From a virus (taxonomy: Duplodnaviria > Caudoviricetes): a DNA stretch of 28,247 bases. Positions 1 through 6,139 of this stretch are shown here, in pieces. The notes below the pieces were generated by a model. It worked only from the letters and a program-made list of their open reading frames with translations, did not search any database and had not been told where the DNA came from. Location: positions 1 through 28,247 of the IMG/VR virus record IMGVR_UViG_3300027693_000016, one strand, 5' to 3'. The position numbers and the translations under genes were made by a program. The stretch's first letter is position 1. Every line of letters begins with the position of its first letter.

Positions 1-273
1 CATGCTAATCATCTGATGACAGACCTTACAAGGCTTTGCCACCAATGGCCTACCGTCCTTACCATACCGTGTTACTAGTATGCGGTGTGCCTTCTTCCAA
101 TCACACTTAAGTAGGGCTGCTACCTCTGCGTGTAGGAATACCTTGTGAGGCTCACCCACCTCTGCCGCTACACGGGCTTGTAGTGGGTGTGTCTTCACAT
201 AGCTGTTCTGACCAGAGGAAAGCAATCGCCCCCTCTTGTCATATACGAATGCACTTATGTGCTGCTGGCACAT
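1..273 (-). CDS. Zn-dependent cytidine/dCMP deaminase-like protein (3' end runs off the window)
   Basis: Not in the ORF track. Manual translation from ATG at 273: MCQQHISAFVYDKRGRLLSSGQNSYVKTHPLQARVAAEVGEPHKVFLHAEVAALLKCDWKKAHRILVTRYGKDGRPLVAKPCKVCHQMISM. It has the deaminase signature HAE (124-132) and PCxxC (19-33). Confidence 0.85.
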   Translation of the reverse strand, partial: MCQQHISAFVYDKRGRLLSSGQNSYVKTHPLQARVAAEVGEPHKVFLHAEVAALLKCDWKKAHRILVTRYGKDGRPLVAKPCKVCHQMISM

Positions 274-479
274 ATCGTGATTAAATTAAACACAAATGTT
301 TCTCCATTATCAAGGTCTTGTCCTTGTCTATATTGCCCACTGTACACCCTATCATGTAGTAGGGATATACAACGCATCTCGCCTTCAGAAATAGAGTCAG
401 GTACAGTACGTACATATAATCTATATACACCGTTTGCACCAACAACTACATCACCGTGTTTTAGTTTGTGCTTGTCCAT
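255..479 (-). CDS. hypothetical phage protein (74 aa)
   Basis: Its ATG overlaps the stop of the AAA+ gene (TAATG coupling). Same strand as the early block. Confidence 0.65.
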   Translation of the reverse strand: MDKHKLKHGDVVVGANGVYRLYVRTVPDSISEGEMRCISLLHDRVYSGQYRQGQDLDNGETFVFNLITICASST

Positions 480-1534
480 TAGCCAAACACCTTGGTATAC
501 AACTCCGACACACTCTTACTGTCGTCAGGTGTAAGCTTCTCAAGGTAGCTAACTTGCAATGCATACTGCACATCATAACGCTGCTGCTTACGTGCCCAAT
601 TGATAAGGGTACGTGGGCTAATAGTTAGACCAACCTTACCCTGCTCATACGCTGTACGTACAAGGGATGCTAACCTCACCATGTCAGTAGCAACCTTCTT
701 GTCAACACTACTCTTACTAGTAATGATGTCAACCTCATGCTTCTGAGATAGATAGCCAAGACGGATAGTGTTGGTGAATCGGTCAATGGTAGCTGTGTTC
801 TGTACACCTACACCAGAGAATGCACCTGTCACATCACCTTGCCCAACAGTATTACCAGCAAAGACCAGACGAAAATCAGCATCAGGATGAACAGTTCTCT
901 CGTCACTTGTCCCCGGCTTTTCCTTAAGATATAGATAACCACCATCTTCCAACAAGTTCTGCATACCCATAGCAATCTCTGCTGGCATCAACTCCCACTC
1001 ATCAACCAAACACACAGCACCATACTTAGCTGCCTCAGTGATAGCACCATCCTCCCACACAGTTGCACCACCACGTACAACTAGTGTGCCAAACAATGCT
1101 GCACTCTCTACATCACCACTCATGTTGATGCGAATGAATGGGCGGTTAAGCTTAGCACACACATACTTGACAAGGGATGATTTACCACTACCAGTAGGGC
1201 CAGTGATTAGGGTCTTATCACCATCCATCATACCCGCTACTAGTAATGCTGCCTCATCTTTCTGCAACACATAGTCGGGGTCTACGCTAGGGATGAGTCG
1301 GGCGATCTCAGGGTCTGCTGGATTGTCCAGCACACGTACACCAAAGTCACCAAACTTAGGCTTGTAGCCAAACACATCACTAAACCACACATGCCCATAC
1401 TCCAGCATTGTCGGTGCTTTAGGGGGTACAGCCGGTGCATCAGGTGCTGCTGTAGTTGGTGCTTTAGGTGCTTTACCCAAGTGTGCTGCAATTGCCTTGG
1501 CTACACGATCATTCAGTTCTGTTGTTGTCGCCAT
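479..1534 (-). CDS. cobS: CobS/MoxR-like AAA+ ATPase
   Basis: Walker A GPTGSGKS, Walker B LVDE, AGNT sensor, DRF arginine finger and SPRTL. The start is reassigned to the ATG at 1534 (MATTTEL), which has an AGGAG RBS. Adjacent to a VWA gene. Confidence 0.9.
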   Translation of the reverse strand: MATTTELNDRVAKAIAAHLGKAPKAPTTAAPDAPAVPPKAPTMLEYGHVWFSDVFGYKPKFGDFGVRVLDNPADPEIARLIPSVDPDYVLQKDEAALLVAGMMDGDKTLITGPTGSGKSSLVKYVCAKLNRPFIRINMSGDVESAALFGTLVVRGGATVWEDGAITEAAKYGAVCLVDEWELMPAEIAMGMQNLLEDGGYLYLKEKPGTSDERTVHPDADFRLVFAGNTVGQGDVTGAFSGVGVQNTATIDRFTNTIRLGYLSQKHEVDIITSKSSVDKKVATDMVRLASLVRTAYEQGKVGLTISPRTLINWARKQQRYDVQYALQVSYLEKLTPDDSKSVSELYTKVFG

Positions 1535-1535
1535 G

Positions 1536-3236
1536 TTAAATACTCCTGTCAATGATTGATAAAATTGTCGGGGACAGTTGGTTCAAGTCGTTAACGACTA
1601 CGTTCTTTTTATAAAAACGAGTAACGTTACTATCGCAAATACCAATACCATACACATCTACCCCCATCTTTTCTGCATGTTCCACAGTGCGTAGTGTGTA
1701 ACCTGTCACATCACCTGCATGTTCCCTACCTGCTGGACTACCATCAGACAATACTAGTAACACCTTGCGATGTTCCTTGCGTTGCCCTAGTCGTGTTGTT
1801 GCATAGGCAATGGCATCACCATCACTGTTCTGCCATAGCCCACCACTAACCTTCTCAAACCTCTTCACAAGGTCAGCTTGTGGTACTTTCTCACCATACT
1901 CACTAAACAACCAGATGATTGGGTCTTCATCAGCCACTGTATTAGTGAATCCATAGATTGAATAGGCAATGTTAATAGGTTTCAAAGCCTCTGCCAATGC
2001 ACCAGCACCAGCACATGCCATGTCAAACTTCTTACCAGACATTGACCCACTGCAATCTACTAACAGACACACAGCAGTATCGGTTGTATCGCTTACAACA
2101 CGCTGACGAAACACCCTCTCTGCAACCCTATCATTACCACTAACAAGGCGGTGTAGTGAGCCGTTGTGTAACTTACCCTTCTTCTTGCCGTACTCATACT
2201 TGTCACGGCTACGTGTCTGCAACTTAAGGCGTAGCTTGTTAGCCATAGGTCGTGCGTTATTAGTAATGTAGTTATTAATGCTTGTCTTATCTAAGTAACC
2301 ACTACTCAACAAACTTTCTACAACGTGCGGTGCTTTCTTGTCGAAGCCACAAATGACATACTCATCAGGTCGTGGGATAGAGTATGCACCCCTACCTACA
2401 GGCTCAGGGATGAGGTGAATACCCGTGCGGCTAGGCTTATGCTCATGCCCAATGGATTTCATAAGCTTAGACACAGTGATGAGGCGGTCTACTGCATCTG
2501 TCAACCCATCCTTGTCTTCACCACCACCCTTACCACTAGATGCTGTACCCTTGCTATCATCTTCTTCCTTCATATCCTTGTAGTCTTCAGGGTCTTGGTC
2601 ATACAAGTCTTTAAGTATACGCTCGGATAGATTCATAACTTGCTCTGCTGTGCCCTCCTCACGTATACGCAGCATCTCTTCTGAATACTTGTCTAGTTTA
2701 GCTAGTCGTGCTTTACCATCTGCATCAATGTTGGTGTGCATCTGGTGCATAGCGTCATCTGCTGAATGAATCCAGTCACGCAGTGATGCATCCCATACAA
2801 ACAAGGGTAGCGTCAACAGTTGTTGTTCTTGCAACTCTTTGTCTTTATCTTTAGCTCGCTCACTAATGTCATTGGCATACAGATACCAGAATGCATTACT
2901 AATATTGGCATCACCCTTGTACTCACCATCATTTAGATAGTCAATGCGGTGATCTTCTAACAGGTTGTTAATGAGGGCTAACAACCCTCCCGGCTTAACC
3001 TTGTTAAGGTAGGCAAAGTCACTGTGTACTACGTGGCTTGTCTCATGCTTAACAAAGTAACGCATACGTATCAACCACTCTACACTAGTGTTACTAGTAA
3101 TGGCTGGCAACCACATCTGTTTGCCATTGGTGCGTGGTGTTGAGTCAGCATCATCCCACTGCACAGATACACCACTATTCTTAGCACATGCTGAAACATA
3201 TGTCTCAAATTGTTGAACATCTAGGTATGTTGTCAT
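1536..3236 (-). CDS. cobT: CobT-like protein with N-terminal HExxH region and C-terminal von Willebrand A domain
   Basis: MIDAS motif DCSGS, LSDG and GIGI at the C-terminus. HETSH and NLLEDHRID at the N-terminus, with an acidic/Gly-rich linker. GGAGG RBS. Confidence 0.88.
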   Translation of the reverse strand: MTTYLDVQQFETYVSACAKNSGVSVQWDDADSTPRTNGKQMWLPAITSNTSVEWLIRMRYFVKHETSHVVHSDFAYLNKVKPGGLLALINNLLEDHRIDYLNDGEYKGDANISNAFWYLYANDISERAKDKDKELQEQQLLTLPLFVWDASLRDWIHSADDAMHQMHTNIDADGKARLAKLDKYSEEMLRIREEGTAEQVMNLSERILKDLYDQDPEDYKDMKEEDDSKGTASSGKGGGEDKDGLTDAVDRLITVSKLMKSIGHEHKPSRTGIHLIPEPVGRGAYSIPRPDEYVICGFDKKAPHVVESLLSSGYLDKTSINNYITNNARPMANKLRLKLQTRSRDKYEYGKKKGKLHNGSLHRLVSGNDRVAERVFRQRVVSDTTDTAVCLLVDCSGSMSGKKFDMACAGAGALAEALKPINIAYSIYGFTNTVADEDPIIWLFSEYGEKVPQADLVKRFEKVSGGLWQNSDGDAIAYATTRLGQRKEHRKVLLVLSDGSPAGREHAGDVTGYTLRTVEHAEKMGVDVYGIGICDSNVTRFYKKNVVVNDLNQLSPTILSIIDRSI

Positions 3237-3340
3237 AACGGTGCATCCTCCACAGGTATGTTGATTGGTTCAGGTTTAACAGGTTCCCCGTTACGTACAG
3301 GGAACGGCCATGTTACACGTTTTACAGGGATGTGATTCAT
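3233..3340 (-). CDS. small Pro-rich protein (35 aa) with WPFP motif
   Basis: Manual translation MNHIPVKRVTWPFPVRNGEPVKPEPINIPVEDAPL. It fills the gap exactly, with a TAATG overlap upstream and an ATGA overlap with the cobT-like start. Confidence 0.7.
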   Translation of the reverse strand: MNHIPVKRVTWPFPVRNGEPVKPEPINIPVEDAPL

Positions 3341-3537
3341 TAGTTCACCTTGGTTACATCTGGGTATGCATACGTTACATATATGCGATTAAACTCTGAG
3401 TCTAGCCAGTTTTCTACGCTGCTATCCATCTTAAAGTTGTTAGCTAACAACCTATTACGCAATGCTTTTTCAAACTCACGTAACTCATCAATGGTTCGCA
3501 ATTCGACAAGGCGTGGTGATGACAGACCTTCGCTCAT
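3340..3537 (-). CDS. hypothetical phage protein (65 aa)
   Basis: ATGA overlap with the upstream gene and TAATG overlap with the downstream gene. Confidence 0.7.
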   Translation of the reverse strand: MSEGLSSPRLVELRTIDELREFEKALRNRLLANNFKMDSSVENWLDSEFNRIYVTYAYPDVTKVN

Positions 3538-3791
3538 TTAGTGTACCTCTTAAGCATACGTATTGGTGAATCACCGTTACTAGTAACAGTGTTGAATGTA
3601 AACTTAACACCGATGTTTTCTAGGGCATCAACGAATAGTGCAGCATCACAGTCTTCTTCAAGGTATACCTTATCCCCTGCCTGATAACTGTAGGCGCTGA
3701 TAGCGTCATCAATGTGTAGCATTGCCAGTTCTTCACGGCCTACCTCAAGCCAGCCATGTCCCGGATCAGTGTGAAAATTGTATGTTGTCAT
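3534..3791 (-). CDS. hypothetical phage early protein (DPGHGWL ... YLEEDCD motif)
   Basis: ORF-track protein, with the start moved to the ATG at 3791 (MTTYNF). The DPGHGWL/YLEEDCD motifs are ones I recall from phage early proteins. Confidence 0.8.
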   Translation of the reverse strand: MTTYNFHTDPGHGWLEVGREELAMLHIDDAISAYSYQAGDKVYLEEDCDAALFVDALENIGVKFTFNTVTSNGDSPIRMLKRYTK

Positions 3792-3796
3792 GTTAT

Positions 3797-3883
3797 TTAC
3801 TTCCAAAGAATGTCAAAGAAACCTGCAATTGATACTAGTAACACAATTGATACTAGTAATGAATCGACTATGTCCCGCATCAT
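3797..3883 (-). CDS. small hydrophobic (single TM) peptide, 28 aa
   Basis: Manual translation MMRDIVDSLLVSIVLLVSIAGFFDILWK. ATGA overlap with the upstream gene; the stop lies 5 nt before the next ATG. Confidence 0.55.
   Translation of the reverse strand: MMRDIVDSLLVSIVLLVSIAGFFDILWK
3826..3859. repeat. tandem direct repeat CAATTGATACTAGTAA x2 (18-bp period)
   Basis: Copies at 3826-3841 and 3844-3859, each containing the TACTAGTA core. Confidence 0.9.
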
Positions 3884-4143
3884 ACCTTTGCCCCTAATGC
3901 ACGCAGTCGTGATTTTGTGGTGCGTGTAGGCCATTGGGTTAGTGTTGCCATGTTCACATCAAAACGATTCAAGGAATACACGAATGTTCCAATATGATTT
4001 CCGTGTAAGTATACCCGAGCATACTCAATACATGCCCTCTCAGGTGTACTAAGTTCAGGCTGATAGATAACCTCAGTGTTAGCCTCTCTCCAACTCTTAC
4101 GTTGACCGATAGCTAGACACATTGCTTTTTCAATTTTACGCAT
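3880..4143 (-). CDS. hypothetical phage early protein (87 aa)
   Basis: GGAG RBS. The YLHGNHI and TTKSRL motifs resemble small phage proteins. Confidence 0.8.
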   Translation of the reverse strand: MRKIEKAMCLAIGQRKSWREANTEVIYQPELSTPERACIEYARVYLHGNHIGTFVYSLNRFDVNMATLTQWPTRTTKSRLRALGAKV

Positions 4144-4148
4144 GTTGA

Positions 4149-4328
4149 TTACTCCGGCTTGAATACAAGTTTAACCCCATCAATATCACTATATGTAATA
4201 CTGAATACTGTGTCATCGAATCCATATACTTCTTCAATACACTTTGCATATGCATGTAACGCAGTTACCATGTTAGTGTGTGTAATTGTATGTGCACCAT
4301 CTGCAAAGTTGATGTTGATTTTGTACAT
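4149..4328 (-). CDS. hypothetical protein (59 aa)
   Basis: Below the ORF-track cutoff. MYKININFADGAHTITHTNMVTALHAYAKCIEEVYGFDDTVFSITYSDIDGVKLVFKPE, with an AAGGA RBS; fills the gap in the early operon. Confidence 0.75.
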   Translation of the reverse strand: MYKININFADGAHTITHTNMVTALHAYAKCIEEVYGFDDTVFSITYSDIDGVKLVFKPE

Positions 4329-4358
4329 GTTAATCCTTGAATGTTACTAGTAACAAGC

Positions 4359-4376
4359 CAGGGGATTTCTCCCCTG
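4359..4376 (-). terminator. GC-rich hairpin with GAAA tetraloop (weak terminator or stabilising hairpin)
   Basis: CAGGGGA-GAAA-TCCCCTG just after the stop of the 169-aa gene. It is followed only by GCTTGTT, a poor U-tract. Confidence 0.45.
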
Positions 4377-4385
4377 ACTCCCACA

Positions 4386-4895
4386 TTATTGTGCTTGCTT
4401 AGCTTGATACACTGCATCAGCTAACAAGGCAAGCTTAGACCACAACTCTTGCAGCTCTTCTTGATTGAATGCTTCCCGTGTCTCGCTATCATATTTCTTT
4501 TGGGCTGCATCGATGTATGCAACCATACGTTCGAAGTCACTCTTACTCTCTTGCAACTCACTCTTACCCTTAGGCATTGGATAGCCTTCTTCAGTCTCTA
4601 TGCATCCACTATCATCTCGCTTCCACACATCTACGTTATTAGTAACAGCCTTACCGATAACAGATTTTGCTGAACGCAGACTATTCTTTTCTTCCTTGGA
4701 CAATTCTTTCATACCTTCCAAGGTTTCTACCAGATTCTTGTGTGCCTTGTCTAACTCTTCCACATTAGAGGGCTGCACTGGATAGCATGTTGACCGGACA
4801 TAATTAGCCCACACTCCAGCGCCAGCCTCACGGCTCATATCCTTACCGGCTTTTGCTTCTTGCAGTGCAACACGCAGATTATTTTCGTATGACAT
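4386..4895 (-). CDS. hypothetical protein (169 aa), first gene of the early block
   Basis: AAAGGA RBS and ATG start; helical, charged sequence. Confidence 0.85.
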   Translation of the reverse strand: MSYENNLRVALQEAKAGKDMSREAGAGVWANYVRSTCYPVQPSNVEELDKAHKNLVETLEGMKELSKEEKNSLRSAKSVIGKAVTNNVDVWKRDDSGCIETEEGYPMPKGKSELQESKSDFERMVAYIDAAQKKYDSETREAFNQEELQELWSKLALLADAVYQAKQAQ

Positions 4896-4924
4896 TTTGT
4901 ATTCCTTTACAATTTGAATTGATT

Positions 4925-4977
4925 TACTAGGCTTGATTACAATGCATTACTAGTAATACACTGTAGAAAACCTAGTA
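4925..4977 (-). promoter_or_regulatory. long imperfect RNA hairpin in the 5' leader of the first early gene (possible RNase III site)
   Basis: On the - strand, TACTAGG...TACAGTGTATTAC-TA-GTAATGCATTGTA...CCTAGTA. Two apparent mismatches are G-U pairs only on the transcribed strand. Confidence 0.55.
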
Positions 4978-5002
4978 GTTTTCTTGGTAGCATATCCCGT
5001 TG

Positions 5003-5120
5003 TCAGCGGTTCTACCTGATACCTTCCAGTATCTTGCGCCTAAGGTACTCGTATGGACATTGCGTTGCCATAGTCAAAGCTTACCTATACGTTTTATTAG
5101 GGGTACGTATTCCCTGCTGA
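5003..5120 (-). ncRNA. candidate structured RNA/leader A (~118 nt)
   Basis: Starts 6 nt after TATAAT. 5' TCAGC pairs with 3' GCTGA. Internal stems ATACGT/ACGTAT, AGGTA/TACCT, TATGG/CCATA and GATAC/GTATC. Confidence 0.35.
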
Positions 5121-5126
5121 GCCTTC

Positions 5127-5158
5127 ATTATACACACTAACCTTACATGAAACTTACA
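5127..5158 (-). promoter_or_regulatory. early promoter 1: TGTAAG-N5-TGTAAG plus extended -10 TGTGTATAAT
   Basis: - strand TGTAAGTTTCATGTAAGGTTAGTGTGTATAAT. Perfect -10 at 5127-5132; direct repeats at 5142-5147 and 5153-5158. Confidence 0.65.
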
Positions 5159-5161
5159 GGA

Positions 5162-5314
5162 TGTTAGGTGATACGGTCAAGCTTGTTAGCTTCCCCTAAT
5201 TAGATGCATTAGGCGCCCTGCACATTGTGCCTCTTGCCAGATACGTTTAAAGCTCATTGCCCGTCCGTATCCTTACCACATCTAACCATGCCGATTTGTC
5301 TCAATCACCTAACA
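5162..5314 (-). ncRNA. candidate structured small RNA B (~153 nt)
   Basis: Perfect 11-bp terminal stem TGTTAGGTGAT/ATCACCTAACA whose 5' arm starts 7 nt after the -10 of promoter 2. Internal stems TTAGATGT/GCATCTAA, GATACG/CGTATC, GCAC/GTGC and AAGCT/AGCTT. Confidence 0.5.
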
Positions 5315-5321
5315 GGCCTCT

Positions 5322-5354
5322 AATGTAACTGCCAATCCTTACACCAACCTTACA
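5322..5354 (-). promoter_or_regulatory. early promoter 2: TGTAAG-N5-TGTAAG plus -10 TACATT
   Basis: - strand TGTAAGGTTGGTGTAAGGATTGGCAGTTACATT. Repeats at 5338-5343 and 5349-5354; same architecture as promoter 1. Confidence 0.55.
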
Positions 5355-5454
5355 ACCAAAATGAATACTTAATACGTACCCTACCTAGGGCTGAAAACGC
5401 CCCTATATATAGGCACTGAGTAGTGTAGTACGTAGCATACTATGTATGCCTCAA

Positions 5455-5760
5455 CTATTATCTATTCAATATAGGTATAATATTATATAATATAATAGAT
5501 AATAATTGATAACATTATATAAATACTTGATATATATAGATAATGTATAGTATAATGACTATTAATATACTATAATATGGGGGTATATATAATAACTGTA
5601 TTGTTAATACTTAATATACTAACTATATAAGCTACTACTTATATATATATATATTACTAGTATATATATAATATATTAACTATATATATATAACTATAAT
5701 AATATAATATATATAATACTATAGTAATAATATATTATATGCTATTAATACTTTATTATT
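5455..5760. other. extremely AT-rich low-complexity region (candidate origin or terminus-associated region)
   Basis: About 300 bp dominated by A/T with (TA)n runs and no ORF, lying between the divergent gene blocks. Confidence 0.6.
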
Positions 5761-6046
5761 CCTTCTCAATTCTGTGGCAACTCGACTAAGGGGGGTAGGG
5801 GGGTTGGTTTTATATTGCACCACCACTTAAAATTATCTCATAAAATTATTGCTATCAGATAATTAGTTGTAATTATTTTGAATAAAAGATTCCCACCCAC
5901 CCACCACTATCGTGTTTAAGGAGTCGTAGACGACATTTAAGCCCTATTAAAGCTCTTTTTAGGGGATAGGTAAGGGGGTAGTGGCCTGACGACCGCAAAA
6001 CGCGCTGTAGCTCGTTTAAAACGGTTTATACAAACACCTCAATTAA

Positions 6047-6082
6047 GTGACATTTTTATTTAAACACTATCTAAGCATACCA
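6047..6082 (+). promoter_or_regulatory. candidate phage late promoter GTGACATTTTT-N12-TCTAAG-N2-TACCA (copy 1)
   Basis: The same motif with identical spacing recurs at 17704-17739. This copy is upstream of the first structural gene. Confidence 0.6.
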
Positions 6083-6139
6083 TTAACTAACAAATACTCG
6101 TTTATGGGTACACTACTAATAATTTTATTAGGACTATTA

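Noticed and set aside
3081-3100. Tandem ACTAGT sites as a TrpR operator
   Set aside because: The period is 10 bp rather than the 8 bp of the trp operator, and the sites lie inside a coding region.
187-4785. Plus-strand ORFs in the left block (e.g. 187-534, 1038-1274, 2325-2630, 4159-4350, 4449-4673)
   Set aside because: They are antisense shadows of well-supported minus-strand genes, with no RBS or recognisable motifs.
5003-5314. tRNA or known self-cleaving ribozyme identity for the structured RNAs
   Set aside because: No T-loop GTTCRA, no tRNA-sized cloverleaf and no hammerhead core. A superficial pistol-like TGGTTAG...CTAA lacks the P1 stem.
5455-5760. Possible CRISPR array or regular iteron array in the AT-rich tract
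   Set aside because: No constant-length repeat with unique spacers; only low-complexity TA repeats.
6047-6139. 31-residue hydrophobic N-terminal extension on tailspike 1 from the GTG at 6047
   Set aside because: There is no RBS at 6047, the GTG is part of the repeated promoter-like motif, and the ATG at 6140 has an RBS.
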